From: a virus | Lineage: Duplodnaviria > Caudoviricetes | DNA length: 40,654 nt | Strand: one strand, 5' to 3' | Virus record (IMG/VR): IMGVR_UViG_3300036784_000011 | Location: 1-40,654 of that record | Part shown: positions 25,455 through 34,524 of the stretch, in pieces | How positions within the stretch are numbered: position 1 is the first letter of the stretch | How the letters are laid out: each line of letters opens with the position of its first letter | Program-made: the position numbers and the translations under genes | The notes under the pieces: generated by a model | Seen by the model: only the letters and a program-made list of their open reading frames with translations | Database searches by the model: none | Told to the model about the DNA's origin: nothing

Positions 25455-25534
25455 CGCTCAGCTCCCGGCCTGAAGGGGTCGGTCTCGGCCGTACCGCTAG
25501 GGTAGCCTTGCAAAACCCTTAGAATCGCTCTCCG
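25455..25534 (-). repeat. Tripartite ~80-bp element, copy B (inverted relative to copy A)
   Basis: Minus strand CGGAGAGCGATTCTAAG / GGCTACCC-N6-TACGG / GCCGGGAGCTGAGCG. Confidence 0.7.
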
Positions 25535-25566
25535 CGCCTTGGAACTTTACCTTTCCTTAACCTTAC

Positions 25567-25725
25567 CTACTGGCTAGTAGGGTCTTCCTCCCGTACGGGC
25601 AAAACATACTGGAGCTTTACCTCTGGGTGTCCGAACCCTATTGAAGTTTTAACTTCTGCACAAGCCTGCTCAGGTGTCATACTGTCCGGTATCGCGAGTG
25701 TTACGTAAATTCCTACTATCTGCAT
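25567..25725 (-). CDS. Hypothetical protein (52 aa)
   Basis: Start re-called at ATG 25725 after GGAG (MQIVGIYVTL). Confidence 0.5.
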   Translation of the reverse strand: MQIVGIYVTLAIPDSMTPEQACAEVKTSIGFGHPEVKLQYVLPVREEDPTSQ

Positions 25726-25885
25726 GTTCGTGCTCCAAGTCAACTCGGACGGCGTGCAGCCTGTCATGAAAGGATCGGTAAAGCTCCTCGACATACTCTC
25801 CAAGATCATCGGAAAGGTAGGTCAAGCCGCCGAGCGATTCGAGGTGTCGATTGGTCATATGTAGAGCAAAGTGTGTGCTATCCAT
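25670..25885 (-). CDS. Hypothetical protein
   Basis: MDSTHFALHM...; start uncertain. Confidence 0.45.
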   Translation of the reverse strand: MDSTHFALHMTNRHLESLGGLTYLSDDLGEYVEELYRSFHDRLHAVRVDLEHEHADSRNLRNTRDTGQYDT

Positions 25886-25907
25886 TCCGTCAGCATCGGC
25901 AACTAGG

Positions 25908-26267
25908 CTACGACTTGAGGTGGGGGACACCCTTGATCTCCTTGAGGATACGCCGCGAGAACTGCTCGTATTCATACACCGGGATCTCCTTGAACCAAGC
26001 CAGGTGAACTTCGACCAGAGATCCCTTGGAAACGTTCCAGCCCTCTAGGCCGACGAGCCCTTCTGCATAGTTGCAGATCCAGTTGAGGTCCAGGCGCATC
26101 ATCTCGATCATGCTATAGGCGATCTTTGCTTCCTTGTAGCTCTCGGTTAGCTCGGACGGGCAGAACACTTCGTGTCCCATTGCTCGCATTGTCTCGCGTG
26201 CCACTTTGAATGCTGGGCGGTTCGCGGCGGGATATCCGCGCATTGGTCCGAAGAGATAGAGCCTCAT
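25908..26267 (-). CDS. DUF4406 / nucleoside 2-deoxyribosyltransferase-like protein
   Basis: YLFGPMRGYP..NRPAF...GHEVFCP...DL..I...GW..SKGSLVEV. Confidence 0.75.
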   Translation of the reverse strand: MRLYLFGPMRGYPAANRPAFKVARETMRAMGHEVFCPSELTESYKEAKIAYSMIEMMRLDLNWICNYAEGLVGLEGWNVSKGSLVEVHLAWFKEIPVYEYEQFSRRILKEIKGVPHLKS

Positions 26268-26452
26268 GATCCATACTTCCTTTCGTAATCATCGGCGCGC
26301 TTGTTTAGGTTGGCCGCCATCCTTGTTAGCGTCTTGACTATCACGTTGGTAACTACCCCCTCAGGCTTGTGACTACGACGCCGTATGACGTATGCGGCAT
26401 TCAGGAGAATGCCTGCATCACGACGGAGAAGTGCATCAGGCGTTGCTGTCAT
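26264..26452 (-). CDS. Hypothetical protein (62 aa)
   Basis: Overlaps both neighbours in an operon-like arrangement. Confidence 0.5.
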   Translation of the reverse strand: MTATPDALLRRDAGILLNAAYVIRRRSHKPEGVVTNVIVKTLTRMAANLNKRADDYERKYGS

Positions 26453-26687
26453 CGGGCCACCCCATGAACTTGTCGCCTAGCTGCGGATAGATCCGGGCCG
26501 TGCCGCCGACCGTATCGACATCGATGCATACCGTGTCCATGGCTATCCACACGTTGCCGACATTACCGGCTATGACGTGACCGTTCCGGTTCTTAGCGAG
26601 GATGGGAGTGCCACGTTTGGGAAACTTCATACCCAGCCTCTCCTCTACCGCAGCAAATATCTTGGGATCGATGGGCAACACAATCAC
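26436..26687 (-). CDS. Hypothetical protein (83 aa)
   Basis: Directly after the dnaE stop, AGGA upstream. Confidence 0.55.
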   Translation of the reverse strand: MIVLPIDPKIFAAVEERLGMKFPKRGTPILAKNRNGHVIAGNVGNVWIAMDTVCIDVDTVGGTARIYPQLGDKFMGWPDDSNA

Positions 26688-26689
26688 TC

Positions 26690-28951
26690 CTAGTCAGGGT
26701 TGATGACCCATATCTTATCGACCATGACCGGCGTACCGAACCCGGCCATACGGTTGCCTATACATATCACTACATCGTGATTGACCGCTATCGTTTCGAG
26801 CGTCCGCTTCAGCTGTGGGAACTTCCATCGGTTGATACGGAGGTAGATTTCTTCATCAGTCGTGTCGAAGCAGCGGAGCGAACAGCTCTTGATGAGATCG
26901 GGGCGCTTGAGATCCTTGAGGATGTCCTTTACCTCGCGGCCGGTACGCGACCGCGTGTCTTCAACAATGTCCTTATACTCGCGGGAGTGGACGATGCCGG
27001 CATAGATAACTCTCGGCCCCTTCACAAACTTGCCCGTGAAGTCCCGGTTCTCCATATGGATAGCGGCTATCTCGGTGCCATTATGCGTCGGTGTCGGGAT
27101 ACTCGGGGTATCACGCACCCAGTCGAGAACCCGGTCCATTGTCACCTGAGTCTTGGTGAGACCGAACGGATCATGCGCCGTCGCGAATGCTTCCATTGAC
27201 TCAATTGTCTTCGGGCCGATGCCGGGAACGACCTGAAGGTCACTCCAGTTGTCAAACCTGTTCCCGTGGTCCCTGAAGTCCTCAATCCGTTCGGCGGTCT
27301 TCTCGCCTATCCCTGGAATCTGCTGCCATCCCGCCACTATCCCATGGCCCGGTATCGACATCCACGTCTGCCGGCTCTTGTCCAGCCTCGGCGGTGTTAC
27401 GGAAAGACCGTGCCCAAGGGCATCTTTCATCAAGCGGAACTGATCCTCCTTCTCTGACGCTTTCGCCAGTGAGGCCGCATAGAATTCCAGAGGGTAGTGG
27501 CACTTGAGCCATGCAGTCCAGAATGCTAGGGTAGAGTATGAGATTGCGTGAGCGATGTTGAACGAGTAGGTACCCGAGGTAACAAGGCGTTTCCATATCT
27601 TGTCGCTCACCTTCCTATCGATGCCGTGAAGTCGCTCGGCTCCCTCAGCGAACTTCTCATAGTTCATCTGGAAGGCAGCTTCGCCCATCTTCTTTGAAAT
27701 GATCCGGCGGATTTGGCCAACAGAAAACCAGTCAAACCCACCCATGTCGCGGAGTATACGCAGGATCTGTTCTTGGTAAACGATCTGACCGTAAGTGCGG
27801 CGTGTGATTTCATCCACCATGGGATGTAGTCGTGTTGCCTTACGTCGTAGGTGCCTGACGTCAATATATTCCGCAGTTGTCCCCGAGAAAAGCGGACCTG
27901 GCCTTGAGAGGGCGTTGATGTCAGCGATGTGCTGAAAGTTATCAGGTAGAACGTCTCGATTGACGAGTCGAGTAGCCCGGCCCTCAAACTGAAATACCCC
28001 GGTGACGTCACCACGGCGAAATACATCGATGGTCTCCTCATCTTCAATATCAATTGCGTACAGATCCTCTAGCGTCAGCTCGGCTAGCTTGAGGCAGCGA
28101 GCTATCATCCCCATGGTAGTTAGCCCAAGGAAGTCTAGCTTGAGGATATCGGCATACTCACAGTCGTACTTGTCAATACTAATACAGCGCACGCCGTTGC
28201 GCTCGTATACGGCACAAATGTCGGTGAGCGGCGAGCCCGATATGACTAGCCCGGCCGCGTGCACCGACATCCCCCGCACGTTACCTTCGAGCCTGGCCGC
28301 ATTCGCGAACTGCGGATATGCCTTTAGGATCTCGGCGGCAGCCGGGAACATATCAAATGTGTCCGCGAGTGTAGCATCAAACCTGGAGTCACCGCCCGAT
28401 CTCTCGATGACTAGGTTCGACACGACCTCTTTGGCCAATATCGGTATCTGATACACGCGAGCTACGTCAGCTAGCGAGTTCTTGCCTCGGTATCGGACAA
28501 AGTTCGCTATCTGCCCGACGCACTCGGGGCCGTACTTCTCAGCTAGGTAGTCCTTGATCTTGTACCGCTCCTCGTCGGAGCAGTCGATGTCGATGTCTGG
28601 CGGATCAGCCCGGCTAACATCGATGAACCGTTCAAACAGCATATCCTGATGCTGGTACGGATTGATCTCTGTTATCCGCAACAGCCAGGCGACCACACTC
28701 GCGGCGACCGAGCCGCGTCCTGGACCGAATGCTACTCCGTTGTTCTTGCCCCACCGGATCGCATCGGACACCATCAAGAAGTAGTCGGCAAAGTCTTTCT
28801 CAAGGATCAGGCTCATCTCATACTTGACGCGCTCAGCGTACCAGCCACGAGCCTCGGCCGGGAGCGAGCTTATGCGCCGGTAGTTCCAGCCGAACCGGCA
28901 CCACTGCCAAAGCAGCTCCTCGGCGTCGTACGATTCGACAAACTCACTCAC
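26690..28951 (-). CDS. dnaE: DNA polymerase III alpha (DnaE), catalytic part
   Basis: GPGRGS, FERF, PPDIDID, SVHAAG, KLDFLGL, GVFQFEG, FNIAHA..Y; likely GTG start at 28951 (GTGA overlap). Confidence 0.93.
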   Translation of the reverse strand: MSEFVESYDAEELLWQWCRFGWNYRRISSLPAEARGWYAERVKYEMSLILEKDFADYFLMVSDAIRWGKNNGVAFGPGRGSVAASVVAWLLRITEINPYQHQDMLFERFIDVSRADPPDIDIDCSDEERYKIKDYLAEKYGPECVGQIANFVRYRGKNSLADVARVYQIPILAKEVVSNLVIERSGGDSRFDATLADTFDMFPAAAEILKAYPQFANAARLEGNVRGMSVHAAGLVISGSPLTDICAVYERNGVRCISIDKYDCEYADILKLDFLGLTTMGMIARCLKLAELTLEDLYAIDIEDEETIDVFRRGDVTGVFQFEGRATRLVNRDVLPDNFQHIADINALSRPGPLFSGTTAEYIDVRHLRRKATRLHPMVDEITRRTYGQIVYQEQILRILRDMGGFDWFSVGQIRRIISKKMGEAAFQMNYEKFAEGAERLHGIDRKVSDKIWKRLVTSGTYSFNIAHAISYSTLAFWTAWLKCHYPLEFYAASLAKASEKEDQFRLMKDALGHGLSVTPPRLDKSRQTWMSIPGHGIVAGWQQIPGIGEKTAERIEDFRDHGNRFDNWSDLQVVPGIGPKTIESMEAFATAHDPFGLTKTQVTMDRVLDWVRDTPSIPTPTHNGTEIAAIHMENRDFTGKFVKGPRVIYAGIVHSREYKDIVEDTRSRTGREVKDILKDLKRPDLIKSCSLRCFDTTDEEIYLRINRWKFPQLKRTLETIAVNHDVVICIGNRMAGFGTPVMVDKIWVINPD

Positions 28952-29094
28952 CAGTGCCACACACCGGTGTGGAGCCATACGCCAATGGAGCTACCTATAT
29001 AAGCTACTCCGGTCACTAGCATCCAGAGAATGAACATCTTGCCCCAGAACCAATCCTTTTCCTTTGGGCGTGGGTCGTATATCTTCAGGCCCAT
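28948..29094 (-). CDS. Small membrane protein (48 aa) between the dnaE halves
   Basis: MGLKIYDPRPKEKDWFWGKMFILWMLVTGVAYIGSSIGVWLHTGVWHW; overlaps both neighbours. Confidence 0.6.
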   Translation of the reverse strand: MGLKIYDPRPKEKDWFWGKMFILWMLVTGVAYIGSSIGVWLHTGVWHW

Positions 29095-30041
29095 GGTTTC
29101 AGGTCATCCTCTCCTATTGGATACTGGAGGCGTTCGGCTTTCGGCAACGTCACGTTACAGAGACTCCCTATATACGCGCTGTTCTCGATAGCATCCCAGG
29201 CTGCCTTCCGGCTTAGTCCGGTCTCTACTAGCTTACCCGCTATCTCCTCGTCAGAGCTAGGGAGGGTTAGGAGAACTTCATAGTTCCAGCTCCGCATCAT
29301 GTCATCGACAGTGTGGTTGCCGCGGTGCGAAGCGTGGAGGATCGCCTGCATCTCGGCATCTTCTGGCCGGGGGTAGTGAACGTCACACCCAACTACGAGC
29401 GGTACATCCATAAACTTGCTTAGCTTTTCATATGCCTTATTCAGCTTACAGGTTCGCTCCAGTTCGGGGAATGGCTGCACCTCCAGGAAATACCTATCGC
29501 CAAATGTATTCTGAAAACCAGCTATTACTCCTTCTGCGTCGTGCCAGGCCTCTCCCGGCCGTCGCGCGTCGTGTCCATCTGCTCTACTTGATGGCTCTGG
29601 AATCCCCTTGCCGCCGAGTAGCGTGCACGCAAGCAGGCTTCCAGAGCATCCTGAAAGTACCACAATTCCCTGTCGGTTAGCCGCGAGAGAAACGCCAGAT
29701 ACTGTTGGCTTGTCGTAGAAGTCAAGGTAGGATTGTGTGACGATTCGGTTGAGGCTCCTGTATCCTTCATTATTCTCCGTTAGGATCGTGAGATGCCACT
29801 TGTAACGAGTTCTTGTTTCAAGATCGACCGGGCCTGTGTACGCCTCTATCCCGAAGAGTGGTTTGATACCTAGCTTGATTGCTGCTTTCTCAAGTTGGAA
29901 GTGAGACGATACATTACCGTGTTCCGTCAAGGTTATTGCTGAGTATCCTAGCTCGACCGCGCGTTCAACGTGCTGAAACGGCGTCCCATATCCGTCACCG
30001 AATGAGAGCGTTGAGTGCTGATGCATCGGTACGAGCTTCAA
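29085..30041 (-). CDS. dnaE: DnaE N-terminal PHP domain (separate gene)
   Basis: HQHSTLSFGDG, TEHG, GIEAY, HLTIL, LSGC, YFLEVQ, DVHY motifs. Confidence 0.9.
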   Translation of the reverse strand: MKLVPMHQHSTLSFGDGYGTPFQHVERAVELGYSAITLTEHGNVSSHFQLEKAAIKLGIKPLFGIEAYTGPVDLETRTRYKWHLTILTENNEGYRSLNRIVTQSYLDFYDKPTVSGVSLAANRQGIVVLSGCSGSLLACTLLGGKGIPEPSSRADGHDARRPGEAWHDAEGVIAGFQNTFGDRYFLEVQPFPELERTCKLNKAYEKLSKFMDVPLVVGCDVHYPRPEDAEMQAILHASHRGNHTVDDMMRSWNYEVLLTLPSSDEEIAGKLVETGLSRKAAWDAIENSAYIGSLCNVTLPKAERLQYPIGEDDLKPWA

Positions 30042-30069
30042 GGTAGACTAACCCTCCGGTGCTTCTTGA

Positions 30070-30369
30070 TCATGTGCCAACGCCACTTCTTGAGAGCATC
30101 CCGGCGCGAGCTTCGCCAGTTACATCGGGAGCAGCATACGGTATCGCCGCTCCAGAATGATCGGCCGTCGTTGCGGATAACTGTTCGTTCCATTCTTGTC
30201 TCCGGGCCATCAGCCTTTCGTGCTGCCTGGCGGCACGAGCGATGGCCGCCCGTGTTGCCCGCTTCGACCTGTGCCTCTTATCCGTATGCTGCGGACGCCA
30301 GCACACCGGGTTGATCTCTCCATCGGGACGCTCCTGCATAGGGGCTAGGCAACGTGGTGCGTTGCTCAC
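30070..30369 (-). CDS. Hypothetical protein (99 aa)
   Basis: GTGA overlap; C..C..H..H residues. Confidence 0.55.
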   Translation of the reverse strand: MSNAPRCLAPMQERPDGEINPVCWRPQHTDKRHRSKRATRAAIARAARQHERLMARRQEWNEQLSATTADHSGAAIPYAAPDVTGEARAGMLSRSGVGT

Positions 30370-30602
30370 GGTTCCTCCTTCTTCAAATTGACCGGCCCCT
30401 CACTAGGGACAAGCTCTGTCGGCGGGCGCCAGAACCATTCCCATCGGACTTCGGCGGTATCGGCATCCTGAATTGTTCCCTGAATAACAACGATGAAGTC
30501 GCCGGGGACTCCTTGCTGACCGACGATCTCGGCGGCCTGGCGTGCGACTGGCCCTAGCTCGGCAGCTATGTTGATGTCGGCGGGTTTATTGCTACCGTTC
30601 AT
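30366..30602 (-). CDS. Hypothetical protein
   Basis: Start re-called at ATG 30602 (ATGA overlap). Confidence 0.55.
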   Translation of the reverse strand: MNGSNKPADINIAAELGPVARQAAEIVGQQGVPGDFIVVIQGTIQDADTAEVRWEWFWRPPTELVPSEGPVNLKKEEP

Positions 30603-30976
30603 CCCGGCTTTCCCCATTTGCCCCACTTCTTCCCTTCGTTCTGCTGCCTGAGATAGAACCCGCAGAAGTTTATCAAGTCGCGAGCGCTGTCGGCATCGAA
30701 CCTATTGTGCTTCCATGAATGGTAGCGGAGCCGACCGGCTTTGTTGAGGATGTCATGTACCAGGCCCTTCCACCCCTTCTCGCGCCATGTCCTCCCCTCG
30801 GGATCGTAGCCGCGCTCGCACATAATCTTGAGACAAGGCAGGAATGCTTCGACGAGCTGATCTTGTGCATCCTGCGTCGGGGAAAGACCGCATCTCATCA
30901 TGAATTCTTCAGCCGCGTCCCGTGTCGTCACGGAACTGATGCTGAACTCTCTGTATTCACCAAAGACTTCCGGCAT
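30599..30976 (-). CDS. Helical protein resembling DUF1599 / nucleotide-modification-associated (MazG-superfamily-like) domains
   Basis: W...GWKGLVHDILNKAGRL...DSARDLINF pattern; start ATG 30976. Confidence 0.5.
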   Translation of the reverse strand: MPEVFGEYREFSISSVTTRDAAEEFMMRCGLSPTQDAQDQLVEAFLPCLKIMCERGYDPEGRTWREKGWKGLVHDILNKAGRLRYHSWKHNRFDADSARDLINFCGFYLRQQNEGKKWGKWGKPG

Positions 30977-30980
30977 CGTC

Positions 30981-31919
30981 TTACTGCTTCCTTGCTGCCG
31001 CGTAACCGAGAGGTTCCCAGACTCCGATGTTGGTCCAGGTGTCCGGGGGATCACCTGCGGCATGGTGTGCCTCGACTCGATCGCGGATGTCACAGTAACG
31101 ATCGGCCGACCCCATGAACTCGCACTTCCCGGTCTGGAAGCAGATCGGCTTGAAGAGAGTCGTGATCGCTCTCTGCTGCCAACGGTCTTCCTCGGGGCCG
31201 TACGCCGTGATGGCCTGTATGATCTTGGCCCATACTATCTTCCATTCGTACTGGGCCTGGGAGCAGAGCCGGTAGCCCGAGTGCTCCGCAAGGTTGCGCA
31301 GATTCGTGTCGTAATGGATACGGGTAGCCGTGTTGATAAGGAGGCCGCCGCGCGCATCCTCGGCCGGGATACCCTTGTCGATCCATCGGTTGTAAAGCCA
31401 GCCGGTACGAGCCATATGGTCATCCCACTCACGCCGCGTCTCGTCGTCGGCCGGTAGGATGGCGAACGCAGGTGGAATGACAACCTCCATGGCGGCGTTC
31501 TCTTTGACGGCGAACCGGAGCGATTCTTGCGCGAATGCTGCCGTCCGCTGCCGGACCAGTTGATGAGTGAAGGCACGGCTGACGCCCTCGATAAATAGTG
31601 CTATGTGGATCCACTCAAGCGGAGCCTGGAGTGTGGTTTTCTTCATGTCTTCGAGGAAGGCAAGCGCCATACTCTTCGGCACATCATCAGGACTGTGAAC
31701 CGGGTCGCCCTTGTATATCTGGTTGACGGCCGCTCCAACCTGGAGCGGCTTTCGTGTCATCTCCAGAACGGTCACGACCGGCTCGACCTCCTCGCCATCA
31801 CGGACGAGAGGAGCTGCCGCAAACATCGCCGGGTCAGCCCACTTGGTCACCTCGGTACCGGGGAAGCAAGCAGGACAGCCATCGACCGTCCCGTCATCGA
31901 GATGATTATGTTGCGTCAC
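30981..31919 (-). CDS. thyX: FAD-dependent thymidylate synthase ThyX-like (variant motif)
   Basis: IEGVSRAFTHQLVRQRTAAFAQESLRF, GIPAEDARG, NLRNL...RLCSQAQYEW. Confidence 0.85.
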   Translation of the reverse strand: MTQHNHLDDGTVDGCPACFPGTEVTKWADPAMFAAAPLVRDGEEVEPVVTVLEMTRKPLQVGAAVNQIYKGDPVHSPDDVPKSMALAFLEDMKKTTLQAPLEWIHIALFIEGVSRAFTHQLVRQRTAAFAQESLRFAVKENAAMEVVIPPAFAILPADDETRREWDDHMARTGWLYNRWIDKGIPAEDARGGLLINTATRIHYDTNLRNLAEHSGYRLCSQAQYEWKIVWAKIIQAITAYGPEEDRWQQRAITTLFKPICFQTGKCEFMGSADRYCDIRDRVEAHHAAGDPPDTWTNIGVWEPLGYAAARKQ

Positions 31920-32614
31920 GACTTACCTCCGTTGATCTTGATAATAGCGCCGGTCATCTGCTCAGGCCCCAGGAGAACCCAGCGGATCGTCTCGGCTACC
32001 TCCTCTAGCGTAGCGCGCCGACCGCTAGGCACGCTAGCCCTTTCGTATTCCCGAGCGTACTCGGCAGACCACCCACGGAACCCAGGGATCGTTTCATCGA
32101 TGTATTTGGTCATGGCTGTCCCATCGACCATGCCGGGGGCTACCGCGTTGACGCGCCAGAGCGGGGCTAGCTCGCGAGCCATCACCTTAACGGCCATATC
32201 AAGCGCGGCCTTAGAGACGCAGTAAGCAAGACTGCCGCGCATCGGTAGCTCGGCCGCGTCCGACGACACAGCTACCGCTGATACTTCTGCCATAGGGTAC
32301 AGGTGCTTATGGATCGACACGACGTTAACGAATCCGCCAACATTCGTATCGAATGTGTTCCCAAGATTGTTACAGGGTTTTCTGTAGTAATCCCCAATCC
32401 ATTGGAGCTGGTTTATTCCGGCCGAGTACACGATATACTGGAATGGACCATTGTGGACTAGGTAACTATGGATATCGCCTCTGTTGTTTACGTCAACTAC
32501 CGCTCTTGGCGGGCGGAACAAACGATTTACGTTGCCCATCTCTACTTCGAGCATGTTGAAAACTGCTTTGCCAATGCCCGATTGGCCGCCAAGAATGAGG
32601 TACTTGTCATCCAT
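31916..32614 (-). CDS. Short-chain dehydrogenase/reductase (SDR)
   Basis: GGQSGIG, SAGIN, VSS, YCVSK (YxxxK), RVNAVAPG. Confidence 0.9.
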   Translation of the reverse strand: MDDKYLILGGQSGIGKAVFNMLEVEMGNVNRLFRPPRAVVDVNNRGDIHSYLVHNGPFQYIVYSAGINQLQWIGDYYRKPCNNLGNTFDTNVGGFVNVVSIHKHLYPMAEVSAVAVSSDAAELPMRGSLAYCVSKAALDMAVKVMARELAPLWRVNAVAPGMVDGTAMTKYIDETIPGFRGWSAEYAREYERASVPSGRRATLEEVAETIRWVLLGPEQMTGAIIKINGGKS

Positions 32615-33377
32615 TTTCCTGCCTCCATTCTCCTATGTCTTTGACGAGGTAATACCACAGGCTACGTAGCGTGTACACCCGCGTTGTAATCTCCGGGTGC
32701 TGAAGCAGAGGTGCACCATCCGGGTCTTCCCGGTTGTATGGCTGATCGCGAACGTACACCTTGCGGATGCCGGACTTCACCGCCGCATCCAGCTGCTCGG
32801 GAAGATCATCGACCGCAGCTACTACTCGATGAGCGCCTACTTGCCTAACTAGATCCTTGTACTTGTCGCTGTCATCCAGGTCCGAGAATATGACAGCGTC
32901 ATACTCGATGTGGTTCCGGTCCAGCCACTCGCGTGTGTCCGGGTCGATGTTGTCCAGACGGAGGTACGGTCTCGTGGTACAGATCCATAGCTCCGCTCCG
33001 GTCATCCGGATGTTGGCTGTGAGTTGGCCCGCGAACGGGTAGGCGGGCATGAATCTCTTCAGACCTCCTTGTCGGTAGGCCAGCTTGCATGCCTTGTACT
33101 CACTATGCGGTATGCCCATGAACTCGCTCAGGCGCATACCCGGATTGACCTGATCGGCTGGCGGCATCGTCTTCCCCAGCCACTTCTCTGCGAACCATAG
33201 GAAGTGGGCATGGTAGTCGCCCAGGGTGCCGTCGATGTCGATCGCCACCACCGGCTTACCATCGCCGGTCTTGAACTTCCGGAGGCCGACGACAGGTTGC
33301 GGGCCGTAAACATCTTGCATGTATTGCCTGTTCTCGGCGATCTGTTGCCTTACCCCTGGGTCTACGGTGATGGTCAC
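32607..33377 (-). CDS. HAD-family phosphatase (5'(3')-deoxyribonucleotidase-like)
   Basis: DIDGTL, CTTRP, K, AVDD motifs; GTG start at 33377 (GTGA overlap). Confidence 0.8.
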   Translation of the reverse strand: MTITVDPGVRQQIAENRQYMQDVYGPQPVVGLRKFKTGDGKPVVAIDIDGTLGDYHAHFLWFAEKWLGKTMPPADQVNPGMRLSEFMGIPHSEYKACKLAYRQGGLKRFMPAYPFAGQLTANIRMTGAELWICTTRPYLRLDNIDPDTREWLDRNHIEYDAVIFSDLDDSDKYKDLVRQVGAHRVVAAVDDLPEQLDAAVKSGIRKVYVRDQPYNREDPDGAPLLQHPEITTRVYTLRSLWYYLVKDIGEWRQENG

Positions 33378-34126
33378 TTCAGGGCCTCCGTCACCTTGGC
33401 ATACACCTGGTGAACTAGGACGCTCTTGTTCCACTCACCGTACCGGCCGACGCGGAGAACTTCTGGATGACAGTCACAGTTCGTGTAGAGCGGCTTGGAA
33501 ACGGGGACCGCTCCCGGCAGGTGGAACCCAGTCTTGGGCCACTCTACCGTGTAGTGTCCGAAGACGTGGCTCACTCGGTACCAGGCTGTGTCAACGGTAC
33601 CGTTGCAGTTGACGTAATCTTCTACTGCCGCCTCGGGGTTTGGGTACCCGGCCGCGTAGATGTCGTGGCCGTGGAACAGGTGCGGCGAGTGACACAAACA
33701 AACGGCCGGGATCGTAGAGATGATCTTGTCCGCGCCGAACGAGTACACAGCCCTCAGGTCGCCGTCTCGGACATCCCATAGTGCCCGATGTGGAGATTGG
33801 ATTACGCTATCCCACATGCGGTCGTAGGTCTCGCGGATATCCCAGGCGTCGTGCTCGCCTATGAAGTCTTCCGGCGACACCTTGCCCTTCCACGTAACAC
33901 CATAGACCTTTCGCCGGTACTCCTCGGCCGTACCGATCAGGTTGTATGTAACTCGGGTCTTCCGAACATCATCGAACCCCGGAATGGGAGCATGAAGGTA
34001 TTGACAACCGTGGAGAGTGCTCTTCTCCCATGTGTTGCTGATGATGAGGACTTCGTGTCCAAGATCCGTAGCTGCTTTTGCTGCTACTAGACCGGCTGGA
34101 CCACAGCCGAGTACCGCTACCTTCAT
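33374..34126 (-). CDS. FAD/NAD(P)-binding oxidoreductase
   Basis: N-terminal GCGPAG Rossmann motif; IISTIP; C-terminal VGRYGEW. Confidence 0.8.
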   Translation of the reverse strand: MKVAVLGCGPAGLVAAKAATDLGHEVLIISNTWEKSTLHGCQYLHAPIPGFDDVRKTRVTYNLIGTAEEYRRKVYGVTWKGKVSPEDFIGEHDAWDIRETYDRMWDSVIQSPHRALWDVRDGDLRAVYSFGADKIISTIPAVCLCHSPHLFHGHDIYAAGYPNPEAAVEDYVNCNGTVDTAWYRVSHVFGHYTVEWPKTGFHLPGAVPVSKPLYTNCDCHPEVLRVGRYGEWNKSVLVHQVYAKVTEALK

Positions 34127-34524
34127 GACCTCATCAACCTCACCTGGTGACGTTCCTGGACCTTCCTCATGACTTCGGTCGTCTTGCCGATGTCCTTGGT
34201 GAAGTGCTGGATGGCGTAGATGGCCGACAGGGCCGTGTCGGCTAGCTCTTCCAGCAACCGTTCTTCTGCAGTCGGGTCGGTGCCCTTCCGGGGATTCTGT
34301 CCCGTCGCCAGGATCAGCTGCTCGATGGACTCGCCGTGCTCCTCAATCCTCTTGCATGCACGGGCCCAGTCCTGCGCGAGCGGCTGTTCGTGATAGATCT
34401 GGCTGCAGTCACGATCGAGGATGATGTCTACGTTCTCCACAAGGTATGGATCGACCATCGGCTCCACAACTCGCTTTGTCGGCAGATAATGGAGCGGTTC
34501 ATTTGGCTCATTTGAGCTGGTCAT
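34123..34524 (-). CDS. MazG-like nucleotide pyrophosphohydrolase
   Basis: EEHGE...GQNPRKG...EELAD motif; start ATG 34524. Confidence 0.75.
   Translation of the reverse strand: MTSSNEPNEPLHYLPTKRVVEPMVDPYLVENVDIILDRDCSQIYHEQPLAQDWARACKRIEEHGESIEQLILATGQNPRKGTDPTAEERLLEELADTALSAIYAIQHFTKDIGKTTEVMRKVQERHQVRLMRS

Noticed and set aside
28948-29094. Intron or intein interrupting dnaE
   Set aside because: The gap is too short for a self-splicing intron, no intein termini are seen, and a coupled small ORF fills it
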